From a virus (taxonomy: Duplodnaviria; Caudoviricetes): 59,052 nt of DNA. The translations under genes and the position numbers were made by a program. Below the pieces are notes generated by a model. The model saw nothing but the letters and a program-made list of their open reading frames with translations, had not been told where the DNA came from and did no database searches. Below are positions 9,395 through 18,008 of the stretch, one piece after another (positions within the stretch are counted from its first letter, which is position 1; each line of letters begins with the position of its first letter). Location: IMG/VR virus record IMGVR_UViG_3300025030_000115, positions 1 to 59,052 of that record. One strand, given 5' to 3'.

Positions 9395-10381
9395 GTGAAA
9401 ATTATAAGAAATTTGAAGGTACCTACTGGAAATATTTTAGTGGTGTCTGGGAAGTTAGGTCAGTTAGAATTACTCTCCTTAGCAGACTACGGGCAAGCTG
9501 TGAATTTGAACCAGAACAAAGCTGTCGAAGACGGGACCCCTCTACTCCCTCTAGCAGAAAAATGGGTAATTACCATTTCAACGCAGTATGGGTGTTCTAT
9601 GGGCTGTAGTTTTTGTGATGTTCCTAAAGTCGGCAAAGGGATTAATGCTACCTACGAAGACTTACGCGACCAAGTTATTACAGGACTTGCTCTGCATCCT
9701 GAAGTAAAAGAAACCAAAAGACTTAACATTCATTTTGCAAGGATGGGCGAGCCTTCTTGGAATACAGAGACTTTAACGTTTGCTAGAAATTTACGTGAAG
9801 AGGTGCGTCCATATGTTGGAAATTCGTTAGTTCATCCAGTAGTCTCAACTATGATGCCTAGGTATAATTTAGGGTTATTTGATTATGTAAAAGAGTGGAT
9901 GGAAATTAAGAATCATGTTTATGACGGAGACGCTGGGCTACAACTTTCAATAAATTCTACAAGTGATTCTGAAAGGTATTCTATGTTCTCAGGGAATGCC
10001 CATACACTAGCTTACATTTCTAGGTTTATGGGAGAAATTGAAAGGCCAAAGGGTAGGAAAATTACCTTGAACTTCGCTGTGGCAGGTTATGAAATAGATG
10101 CTAGAAAATTGAAAGACCTATTTGACCCACAGTACTTTATCTGTAAGTTGACTCCAATGCATAAAACTACTGAGGCTACTGAAAATGGTATTGAGACGGC
10201 TGGGGATTACACCACACCGTACCCTTACTTAGAGACGGCTAAAGAACTTAGGGAAGCTGGCTTTGATGTTCTTACTTTTATAGCTTCAAAAGATGAGGAC
10301 GAAGGCAGGGTCACTTGTGGCAATGCTATTCTCTCTGGTACACTACCACACAAATACGAAGAATTGGAGGTTGGGTACTGA
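9395..10381 (+). CDS. Radical SAM protein, RlmN/Cfr-like
   Basis: ISTQYGCSMGCSFC (CxxxCxxC), RMGEP, LQLSINS, C-terminal DEDEGRVTCGN (analog of DIDAACGQL). Confidence 0.82.
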   Translation: MKIIRNLKVPTGNILVVSGKLGQLELLSLADYGQAVNLNQNKAVEDGTPLLPLAEKWVITISTQYGCSMGCSFCDVPKVGKGINATYEDLRDQVITGLALHPEVKETKRLNIHFARMGEPSWNTETLTFARNLREEVRPYVGNSLVHPVVSTMMPRYNLGLFDYVKEWMEIKNHVYDGDAGLQLSINSTSDSERYSMFSGNAHTLAYISRFMGEIERPKGRKITLNFAVAGYEIDARKLKDLFDPQYFICKLTPMHKTTEATENGIETAGDYTTPYPYLETAKELREAGFDVLTFIASKDEDEGRVTCGNAILSGTLPHKYEELEVGY

Positions 10382-10554
10382 TGGTCAAAAAACAATTTAC
10401 TTTGGCGGATTCTTTGAGGTATCCTGAAAGTTACAATTCAGATTATCTTGAAGGCTCTCATGGAAAAGATGGTTCATTACATTTTTATGGCTTTTGGGAT
10501 GAGCGTAAAAAGTGCTGGGTGCCTCTAAGTGAACTAAGATACTATTCGGGATAG
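10381..10554 (+). CDS. Small hypothetical protein
   Basis: GGAGG RBS; TGATG coupling to the radical SAM stop. Confidence 0.55.
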   Translation: MVKKQFTLADSLRYPESYNSDYLEGSHGKDGSLHFYGFWDERKKCWVPLSELRYYSG

Positions 10555-10565
10555 GGAGACTAAAA

Positions 10566-10832
10566 ATGACTAAGATAAAAGAGATTTGGATAACTAAGAG
10601 CGGAGAAGTTCTAGACGTTGATGAGATGCCTGAAGATCATGTGAGAAATACCCTGAAGATGTTGATAAAACAAATTAGGGAAGGTAAGCTTGGTTGTCTG
10701 GGTTATCATCAGGATAGGATAAATATGGAGAGGCGGATGGAAGAACTGAGGAAGATTCATCCTAGTCTTACTACTGGGGTTAGGGAGTATGGTGATGAAT
10801 ACGATGTTTGGAAAGAGGATGGTGTTGGGTAA
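10566..10832 (+). CDS. Hypothetical protein
   Basis: GGGAG RBS; WITKSGEVLDVDEMPEDHVRNTL resembles a small phage protein family. Confidence 0.65.
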   Translation: MTKIKEIWITKSGEVLDVDEMPEDHVRNTLKMLIKQIREGKLGCLGYHQDRINMERRMEELRKIHPSLTTGVREYGDEYDVWKEDGVG

Positions 10833-10961
10833 GAGTTGTGATAAGGATTGGTGTAAGGATAGCGGTAAGGGAGTAGATAGGGACTAAGGTAGTTGTTAGG
10901 GTAATCTTTACAGCAAACCTTAGAGTCTATATTATACCTCTAAGACCTTCGGCCCGACCCT

Positions 10962-10990
10962 ATTATACCACAAAAGAAGCCTTTTGTCAA
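10962..10990 (-). promoter_or_regulatory. Consensus sigma70/sigmaA promoter pointing leftwards
   Basis: Minus strand reads TTGACA-AAAGGCTTCTTTTGTGG(17)-TATAAT, with TG just upstream of the -10. Confidence 0.75.
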
Positions 10991-11035
10991 GTAAAATCTG
11001 CAATATTAGTAAAAAATAATTTTACTTGACAAAAG
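10981..11035. repeat. Perfect 17-bp inverted repeat with back-to-back TTGACA boxes
   Basis: CTTTTGTCAAGTAAAAT (10981-10997) and ATTTTACTTGACAAAAG (11019-11035), 21-nt spacer. Confidence 0.85.
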
Positions 11036-11055
11036 AATGTAAGTGTTTAATATTA

Positions 11056-12063
11056 TTAATTTATTTTCTTTCCGCCTTTCGGACGTATACGGACGCCATT
11101 TCTGATTAGGACATTACGGGTTCCGTTGTAAGATAAACCCACAGATAAAGCAGTAGCTGGTATGGTATAACCCTCTTCATACAGCTTTACTATCTTTAGT
11201 TCTAATTCTTTTGTTGTACTTTGTTGCTTAATAGCTATCCCGTTAGATTTTAAAATTCTACTAATAAGAACTGAAGAAGCACCGAATAGTTCCTCTAATT
11301 CTGAAAAAGAAACTCCTGCGGTATACTTAGCTACTATCTCATCTGAATAGCATTCGAGTCTTCTTAGTCTTTCTGCGCTTTTGTTACTGTATTTTATTAT
11401 TTTTGGTACACTACGTCTAAGTATTCTGTATATCTCAGACCTAGACACACGGTATTTATCTATTAGACAGCCTACACTGATCCCAGACTCGTATAAACTA
11501 GAGATTTGGTTAACTTCCTGTTCTGTGAGTTTAGAACGTCGTCTAAGCACCAAGTCAGAGTCGGTATCATGCAACGCTCGATGTATGGCTGGCTTGGATA
11601 CGGCGTAGTGGTCAGATATTTTCGCAACAGAGTCACCATTTAGGTACATTTTCTTTACTTCTAGTTTATCTTTACGCGATAACTTAGAAGTAAAACCGTG
11701 GTAGGCTCCTCTTCCGCCGGGGTGTAGATTAAGTAGTGGTCCTTGTTTTATTAAGGCTCTGCCTATGCATTGGATCATTTGTTCTTCTAGTACATAAGCT
11801 TCTTCGTCAGAAAGATTGTCTTTAATTTTGATAATGTAGTCTTTAGGATCTATTCCAGAATCGAGTATACTAATAATTTTCTTCTGTTTCTTAGTTTTAT
11901 TTCTACGTTTTGCTTCAACTATGTGATGAAACATTCTCTTTCTTGAGCCCTTTCCTACATAGAAAGGCTCGTATAGAAAAGAAACATTTAGGTCTGGGTA
12001 GCTAAATTTTCCTGGCTTGGTTGGGTCGGTATAAACGTAGAGATAGCAATTTTTGATTTTCAT
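11056..12063 (-). CDS. GIY-YIG-like homing endonuclease with C-terminal HTH repeats
   Basis: YLYVYTDP...PFYVGKG..KR...EEQMI...LLNL, followed by about 4 repeats of 'I..LY..G.S...I...Y.VS...I.RIL'; isolated antisense gene. Confidence 0.75.
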   Translation of the reverse strand: MKIKNCYLYVYTDPTKPGKFSYPDLNVSFLYEPFYVGKGSRKRMFHHIVEAKRRNKTKKQKKIISILDSGIDPKDYIIKIKDNLSDEEAYVLEEQMIQCIGRALIKQGPLLNLHPGGRGAYHGFTSKLSRKDKLEVKKMYLNGDSVAKISDHYAVSKPAIHRALHDTDSDLVLRRRSKLTEQEVNQISSLYESGISVGCLIDKYRVSRSEIYRILRRSVPKIIKYSNKSAERLRRLECYSDEIVAKYTAGVSFSELEELFGASSVLISRILKSNGIAIKQQSTTKELELKIVKLYEEGYTIPATALSVGLSYNGTRNVLIRNGVRIRPKGGKKIN

Positions 12064-12112
12064 GTTAAGTCCTTTGGATTGCATAAGTTAATTGAGACGA
12101 GATATTCACTAA

Positions 12113-12144
12113 ATTATATACACAATCCTAGGAATATTTATTAC
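12113..12144 (-). promoter_or_regulatory. Phage-specific promoter GTAATA-N17-GTATATAAT
   Basis: Same spacing as three other copies; upstream of the endonuclease gene. Confidence 0.65.
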
Positions 12145-12258
12145 CACAAAATATTAATCAGTTAATTTTATTACTTTGCAAGAATTTCGGTAACTACCTA
12201 AAATATAACTAAAAAGTCTCCCAAACAGATTATTTTCTACCAATATTTAAAATAAACA

Positions 12259-12288
12259 TTGACAAACCGGCCTGTCTCGTGCTATACT
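12259..12288 (+). promoter_or_regulatory. sigma70-type promoter for the helicase operon
   Basis: TTGACA-N18-TATACT with extended TG; flanks resemble the promoter at 24610. Confidence 0.7.
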
Positions 12289-12334
12289 GGTCCTTCTTTC
12301 AGTCAAAACACTTACACAGCAAAGGAGAAATAAC

Positions 12335-13687
12335 TTGGCAATCTCAAATTCAAATTACGAACTAAGCATCATCAAAATCCTCATAGAAGGCAAGTCTCCA
12401 GAACTGCTAGTAAGACTGACACCAGAATATTTTGGAAACAAAGATGTAGGCAATCTATTTAGGGTGATTAAAAACTTCTACATAGATCACGGACAATTTC
12501 TTGGGTATGATGCTCTTAAGGCTGAACTTGAATCGAGGGTTAGGGACGCTGATAAGTGTAAGTTTCTAAGTGGTCTGGTAGATGATACTAAAGAGAGAGA
12601 TATTTCAGGACTTACTGAGTCTTACCTGATGGATGAACTTAGAAAGCAGAAGCAATTCAGGGCAGCTATTTCGGGAGTTGGGGCGGTAGTGGATGCGGTG
12701 GATAAGAAGGATGCAAATTCTGTTATAGGTAGTGTTCAAAGTTTGTACGAAAACATGTTTGCAGACAGTGTTTCGGAGAGTCTGGCTTCAGCAGACATGG
12801 TTGCTATGACTGGAAAGAAGGTGGAATTCCAATTTATAAGGACTTCTCTGGCCCAGCTAGATATTTATGGGGGTTTGATCGAGTCTGGTCTGTCAATGAT
12901 CTTAGCTGAGTCTGGCAGAGGCAAAACGCACATGGCGACTCAGTGGGCTAAGTACCATCACGATAATTATGAAGGCAGCACTTTAGTCGCTTCATGGGAA
13001 CAGGGGGCTTCTGAGCTGAGAGCTAGAATATTATCGAATGCTAGTGAGGTTGACTTAGGCACAGTGACATTGGGTAAGTATACTGACGAGGAACTTTTAA
13101 AAATAAGGCTAGCCGAGGTTAGGCATCTATGTGGCCCAGATGAGGAAGTACTTGAGTTTGCTAGAAGAACTTATAAGCTGCCAGACAAGGACTTTTGGGA
13201 GAACATCTGGACTAGTTACGAGCCACAGAAAAATCGCTTTTATCTTTTAGACACCGCGCCTGATTGGGATACTCTCTTCGTGACTATGGAGATGATGGTA
13301 CAGTCTAGAGGAGTCCGTTTCATTGTGCTTGACTACCCGGAAATCATTTCTAGACCTAGTTCTGGGGCATCGCAACCCAGGTGGGAGTTCGCTCTTAATA
13401 TGATCGGAAAACTAAAAGCATTTTGCAGACGCCATAACGTGCGCATTGTTTTTCCTGCTCAGTGGTCTGAAAGTGCTGACCATATCCGATACAACTCTGG
13501 AGCTATTAACTTTGTTGATTTAGCAGTTGCTTTAGCAGAGTCTGATGAGGATAAGGAGTATGGTACGTATACTGTCCAATTCAAGAAATACAGAAACTTT
13601 ATAGCCCCTGTAGGTGGAGGTACACCGCAAGATTTTAAGGTACTGAAACGACTGAACGTAGCTAAATTTGAAGACTTCAACTTCTAA
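12335..13687 (+). CDS. DnaB-like replicative helicase
   Basis: AESGRGKT Walker A, SWEQ, IVLDY, PAQ, KKYRN; AAGGAG RBS with TTG start. Confidence 0.85.
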   Translation: MAISNSNYELSIIKILIEGKSPELLVRLTPEYFGNKDVGNLFRVIKNFYIDHGQFLGYDALKAELESRVRDADKCKFLSGLVDDTKERDISGLTESYLMDELRKQKQFRAAISGVGAVVDAVDKKDANSVIGSVQSLYENMFADSVSESLASADMVAMTGKKVEFQFIRTSLAQLDIYGGLIESGLSMILAESGRGKTHMATQWAKYHHDNYEGSTLVASWEQGASELRARILSNASEVDLGTVTLGKYTDEELLKIRLAEVRHLCGPDEEVLEFARRTYKLPDKDFWENIWTSYEPQKNRFYLLDTAPDWDTLFVTMEMMVQSRGVRFIVLDYPEIISRPSSGASQPRWEFALNMIGKLKAFCRRHNVRIVFPAQWSESADHIRYNSGAINFVDLAVALAESDEDKEYGTYTVQFKKYRNFIAPVGGGTPQDFKVLKRLNVAKFEDFNF

Positions 13688-13700
13688 GGAGACCTAAACA

Positions 13701-14096
13701 ATGCCTCAACAAAACCAAGAACAAACCCAAGAACAAGTAACCAAACAAGAACAAACCCAACAATTTCCAACCTTCAACAAACCAGACCTATCAACCCTAA
13801 GCCACGATGACAAATGTAGATACCACGACGACGAAGAGTTTTGTACATGTGGTGCTGACACTTATGAAGAGTTAAAGGCGTACAAAACTGCTTACAAGGA
13901 ATTAGAAACAGCACTTCAAAAACTTCAAACAGAACAGGAACAACTCAAAGAACTTAATAAGAAATATAAACAGGCATTGGAGAAGATAGCCGACGAGGTG
14001 CCAGAGACATTCTACAATTCGTATGATTATTCGTGGACTCCGTGTGATACGTGTAGGTACGTAGTAGATACAGCTCAAGCAGCACTATATACCTAA
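13701..14096 (+). CDS. Hypothetical protein with Gln-rich N-terminal repeats and a coiled coil
   Basis: AAGGAG RBS; QEQT repeats encoded by CAAGAACAA. Confidence 0.65.
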   Translation: MPQQNQEQTQEQVTKQEQTQQFPTFNKPDLSTLSHDDKCRYHDDEEFCTCGADTYEELKAYKTAYKELETALQKLQTEQEQLKELNKKYKQALEKIADEVPETFYNSYDYSWTPCDTCRYVVDTAQAALYT

Positions 14097-14109
14097 AGGA
14101 GCCACAAAA

Positions 14110-14238
14110 ATGACTACCAAAAAATTAGAAGAAGGTAAATGCCCAAAATGCGGTTGCACTAAAAATATCGTAGTAGATACCTACCCTAGAGTATATGAAT
14201 GCTTGGAGTGCGATGCTGTATTTCTAGGTATTAATTAA
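14110..14238 (+). CDS. Small Zn-ribbon protein (42 aa, not in the ORF track)
   Basis: AAGGAG RBS; CPKCG...YECLECD. Confidence 0.6.
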   Translation: MTTKKLEEGKCPKCGCTKNIVVDTYPRVYECLECDAVFLGIN

Positions 14239-14249
14239 GGAGCCCAAAA

Positions 14250-14432
14250 ATGATCTATGAAAATTCCCAAGAAGGTTTATGTCCTAAATGTGGTAATCCT
14301 CACCTAGACTCCTATGACGTAGAATTTGGTTCTGACTGGGTATCTCACAAGGTATTCTGCGACTCTTGTGATTGGTGTGGTTATGAGGTTTATTCCACAA
14401 AATTTTTAAGAATGGAGGATGGAGAGAAATGA
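14250..14432 (+). CDS. Small Zn-ribbon protein
   Basis: AAGGAG RBS; CPKCG...CDSCDW. Confidence 0.65.
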   Translation: MIYENSQEGLCPKCGNPHLDSYDVEFGSDWVSHKVFCDSCDWCGYEVYSTKFLRMEDGEK

Positions 14433-14593
14433 GCGAGGTTACAGAAAAGACTTTAACAATAACTTTAAAACGTTATTCAGAACTCCTCGACAAAGAAGAT
14501 TTTTTGTACTGCCTAGAAGCTGTAGGAGTGGATAACTGGGACGGGTTCAACGATGCCTTGAAAATGCACGAATACGAAGGAGATTCAGAATGA
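14429..14593 (+). CDS. Small conserved phage protein (54 aa, GVDNW motif; not in the ORF track)
   Basis: ...FLYCLEAVGVDNWDGFNDAL...; ATGA coupling at both ends. Confidence 0.65.
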   Translation: MSEVTEKTLTITLKRYSELLDKEDFLYCLEAVGVDNWDGFNDALKMHEYEGDSE

Positions 14594-14958
14594 TCCTAAG
14601 ATGCCCACTGAACGCACAGATTAATGCGCTAATCTGCATATACACCTGCACAAAAAGTGTGAAGGAAGTATGCAAGGTTTATGAACAGAACTATGACAAG
14701 ATTACCAAGCTACTTATCGAACAGAAGTACCTTGATAAGTATGGTATTCCGGGGCATATTCTACCTAAATCTAGGCAACCTAAAAAAGAGTCTAAGAGGA
14801 AGCCAAAGGAGTCTATCGCCACAGTTAAACCAGCTAAAGAAACTAAACCGAAGACTGCTAAGCCTGCTAAAGACAAAGAGGCAGTTCCAGCAGCTTCGGT
14901 AAAACCTAAAAGGAAACGTAGGACGAAGGCTGAGATGGCGGTTGCTAAAGGAAGGTAG
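14590..14958 (+). CDS. Hypothetical protein with a basic Lys/Pro-rich tail
   Basis: N-terminal Cys cluster; C-terminal KPKRKRRTKAEM. Confidence 0.65.
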   Translation: MILRCPLNAQINALICIYTCTKSVKEVCKVYEQNYDKITKLLIEQKYLDKYGIPGHILPKSRQPKKESKRKPKESIATVKPAKETKPKTAKPAKDKEAVPAASVKPKRKRRTKAEMAVAKGR

Positions 14959-14964
14959 GCTGCT

Positions 14965-15207
14965 ATGAAAATAAACATTCAGTACATAGGCAATGCTCGC
15001 TGTGTCTCACTTGGAGAATTAGACGTGACTGTTGATGGAACTACTTGGCAGTTTCCTTATGGATGTGTGGCTATAGATACATTAAATGACTCTTGGTATT
15101 TCGCGGACTACCCTAAAGATTTCCCTCAAGAGTTTAAAGAAGTTGTGACTGATGTTCTGAACGATTATTATCCTAGAGGCTGCAATAGTTGTGAGGGCTG
15201 TCCTTGA
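14965..15207 (+). CDS. Hypothetical protein
   Basis: Operon packing; ends GCNSCEGCP. Confidence 0.6.
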   Translation: MKINIQYIGNARCVSLGELDVTVDGTTWQFPYGCVAIDTLNDSWYFADYPKDFPQEFKEVVTDVLNDYYPRGCNSCEGCP

Positions 15208-16019
15208 ACAAATTCATCAAAAAGAACTACATAAGACCTTTAAGTAAAGAGTACACAGACCTTGATGCAGCGATATTCAAGAAGTACCTTCACATGCCTA
15301 AAGTGTATCTGAGAGGCATCGTAAGAAGGTATCCTAAGAATCTTAATGAAGTCCCTTTAGTGCTTCACAAGCTGCTTGAACAATGCGACTCTTATATTTG
15401 GAAAGGAGTTAAGATGGAACGTAGTAAAGAAGAAATGATTGTGGCTGTTAAGATGAAAATCTCTGGCGTTCCTCCCGCATATTTACTTAGATCAGAACTT
15501 CCAAGCACTTGTGGAACTAACCTGAAAGTCTATTCTAGCATATTGGAAGCACCAGAGTCACTTTCTAAATTAGGTAGGCTGTTGTATTTCCACAGTGGGT
15601 TTGAGGACAATTCCCTGCTGGCAGCATCTAACATAATTAAGTCAGGTGTCACGAAAGGCTTAAAATGCAAAATGACTTCTATGCCTCAATTCATGGAAGA
15701 GCTAAAGACCTTTGAAGCATCTAAGATATTAACTTCCCTAGCCGAAGCAGATATCTCTTGTCTGTATATGCTAGGCACTGTTTATGTTAAAGCTGAGTCT
15801 GGGTTCACGGAGTCTTCCTTGCTGACCTTCATAGACCAACGGAGGGTGAATAAGAAGGCAACTATTCTATCATCCCACCTAACACCCGCTGAGTTTAAGA
15901 CGAGATTTAAAATAGACCTTGATAAGCTAGGGGCAATTTGTTTTAAGATGGAGGATGAGGGTGTGGTAAATACTGTGTCGCAGTTAGCTAAAGAACTTGC
16001 TGCGTTGAGAGGAGAATAA
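15204..16019 (+). CDS. Degenerate DnaC/IstB-like AAA+ protein
   Basis: C-terminus LLTFIDQRRVNKKATILSSHLTPAEF resembles DnaC/IstB; the Walker A and B positions are degenerate. Confidence 0.5.
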   Translation: MNKFIKKNYIRPLSKEYTDLDAAIFKKYLHMPKVYLRGIVRRYPKNLNEVPLVLHKLLEQCDSYIWKGVKMERSKEEMIVAVKMKISGVPPAYLLRSELPSTCGTNLKVYSSILEAPESLSKLGRLLYFHSGFEDNSLLAASNIIKSGVTKGLKCKMTSMPQFMEELKTFEASKILTSLAEADISCLYMLGTVYVKAESGFTESSLLTFIDQRRVNKKATILSSHLTPAEFKTRFKIDLDKLGAICFKMEDEGVVNTVSQLAKELAALRGE

Positions 16020-16020
16020 T

Positions 16021-16371
16021 ATGCTTAGAGTGATTGTGGCGGGAGGTAGAGAGTTTAACCAGAAGACTAGGCTCTTTAAATACCTCGACCAGTACCATGA
16101 AAAGACTCCTATAACTTCTGTGGTGTGCGGTATGGCTAGAGGTGCTGATAGTATTGGTAAGGAGTGGGCTGAGTCCAGAGGAGTAGCTGTAGATAAGTTT
16201 CCTGCTGATTGGGACAATTTAGGTAAGAAAGCTGGGCCTCTGAGGAATATTGATATGGCTAATAATGCAGATGCCTTGATAGCAGTTTGGGACGGAAAGA
16301 GTTCTGGAACCAAGCACATGATTAATACGGCGCGTGGTAAGGGTCTTCTAGTTACTGTGTTAAATTATTGA
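16021..16371 (+). CDS. SLOG/YspA-like (DUF2493) protein
   Basis: RVIVAGGREF, CGMARGAD, FPADW, AGPLRN, WDGKSSGTKHMI. Confidence 0.85.
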   Translation: MLRVIVAGGREFNQKTRLFKYLDQYHEKTPITSVVCGMARGADSIGKEWAESRGVAVDKFPADWDNLGKKAGPLRNIDMANNADALIAVWDGKSSGTKHMINTARGKGLLVTVLNY

Positions 16372-16380
16372 GGTGGCTAA

Positions 16381-16587
16381 ATGCCTATAAACCCAGAAGT
16401 AGGGTTTGATACGCTACATTATGAACAATATTTAGTTAAGTATCGACTCAAAGGCAGTGACGGCGTGTGGACAACTTTAGAAGAGCTTATGTATTTTAAA
16501 GGGAAAGGCGCGCATAGAAAAATTGAAAGGTACTTACAGAAGAAGTATGGGAAGAGTATAAATGTTTTGTCTATCAAATTTTGTTAA
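16381..16587 (+). CDS. Hypothetical protein
   Basis: GAGGTG RBS. Confidence 0.6.
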   Translation: MPINPEVGFDTLHYEQYLVKYRLKGSDGVWTTLEELMYFKGKGAHRKIERYLQKKYGKSINVLSIKFC

Positions 16588-16608
16588 CTAAATTATTGAG
16601 GTAAGAAA

Positions 16609-16977
16609 ATGAGCCAAGAAATTATTGAAGGCATTAAAGGTCTGAGCGATATTATTAAGAAGTGTCAGGAGGAGCTGAAGGTTATTTTGACAGACACTGA
16701 AAAGCCTCTGCCGGAACGCTGGGAGATTTATGAGGTTGCTGTAGGAGAAAATGTTATTAATGAGTTTGCTAGTTACGGTCCCGACCTTATAACATTGTCG
16801 GAAATGAAAATTTATAATATTGAGGATTATGTACGTTGCGAAAGGTGCGAGAGGGTGGAGTACGTGAATATAGTGAATAGTTTTGAGAATTTTAATTTAA
16901 TCGAAGAAAATATTAACAAAGTAAAGAAAGAAATCCTCAGCAAGTTCCTTGAACGCGGTTTTACGTATGACTGGTAG
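16609..16977 (+). CDS. Hypothetical protein
   Basis: GAGGT RBS. Confidence 0.6.
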   Translation: MSQEIIEGIKGLSDIIKKCQEELKVILTDTEKPLPERWEIYEVAVGENVINEFASYGPDLITLSEMKIYNIEDYVRCERCERVEYVNIVNSFENFNLIEENINKVKKEILSKFLERGFTYDW

Positions 16978-16985
16978 GTAATACT

Positions 16986-17924
16986 ATGGAAGTCCTAGAA
17001 ATCTTAGACAGCAGAGGCATCCCCTACGTTCCTAGAGGAGATAATGAATACGCTATAGTATGCCTCAATGCGGCTAATCACCAAGGAGGTTTTGACAGCA
17101 AGCCTAGTCTAAATATCAATGTAGAGAAACTTCAAGCCTTCTGCTTTAGCTGCGGATTCTCAATGTCTGAAACAGGGTTGACTCGCTGGCTCATCGGAGG
17201 GGAACTAGAAGACCTATCTTTGCAGACTATGGCTTTAAGGGCTAAGATAAATCGACTGAAGTTGGAAGAGACTAAAGACCTTTCAGAAGCTAGGCAGATT
17301 TTCATTCCACCTGGAGAACCTTGGGCCGAAGATAACTACAGAGGGATCAGGCTAGACACCTACCAAAAACTTGGGGCTATAAAATGTACAAGAGGTTTTT
17401 ATAGTGACCGGATAGTATTCCCTGTCTATTTACGTGGCGAATTGATTGGGGTGGATGCCAGAGCTTTGTTGGAAGGGATGCAGCCTAAATATTTGAGGAA
17501 CAAAGGATGTACTGCAAAGGAAACTTGGCTTTACCCCTTTGACTTGGTGTGTGAAAATAAACCCGAATACGTAATATTGTGTGAGGGATTGTTTGATGCT
17601 GTGAACCTAGTGGACAAGGGATTTTCTGGGCTTTGCATCTTCGGCACAAACAACTTCGGGTTAGCTAAACTTAGGCTCTTACTAGCTACTGGCTGCAGCG
17701 AGGTGGTATTATTTTTAGACAAAGATGAGGCAGGACAGGAGGCACAGAAACGAATAGGCAGTATGTTGAGCGACTGGTTACAAGTTACTGAGGCTTACAC
17801 AGATCACCTGAAAATAAAACCGGTAGATTCTTTAGCGAAAGGAAAGTTAGTTTATCAGGACTGTGGAGAATTGACTAGAGAAGAGATTTTGGAAGCTGTA
17901 GAAAATAGAACTAAATTTAAGTAG
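16986..17924 (+). CDS. DNA primase (Zn finger + TOPRIM)
   Basis: C..H...D..PSL...CFSCG, RIVFPV, PKY, LCEGLFDA, LFLDKDEAG, DCGE. Confidence 0.9.
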   Translation: MEVLEILDSRGIPYVPRGDNEYAIVCLNAANHQGGFDSKPSLNINVEKLQAFCFSCGFSMSETGLTRWLIGGELEDLSLQTMALRAKINRLKLEETKDLSEARQIFIPPGEPWAEDNYRGIRLDTYQKLGAIKCTRGFYSDRIVFPVYLRGELIGVDARALLEGMQPKYLRNKGCTAKETWLYPFDLVCENKPEYVILCEGLFDAVNLVDKGFSGLCIFGTNNFGLAKLRLLLATGCSEVVLFLDKDEAGQEAQKRIGSMLSDWLQVTEAYTDHLKIKPVDSLAKGKLVYQDCGELTREEILEAVENRTKFK

Positions 17925-18008
17925 CTAAGGTATCTGAGAATTAAACTTTAAGGAGGTACGGGATGATTAGTACGAAGAAATTGGTATTACCTATTTTTAG
18001 GAGTCTAA

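Noticed and set aside
9395-10381. Calling this a cfr antibiotic-resistance gene
   Set aside because: Too divergent and lacks the resolving Cys; specificity cannot be assigned from sequence.
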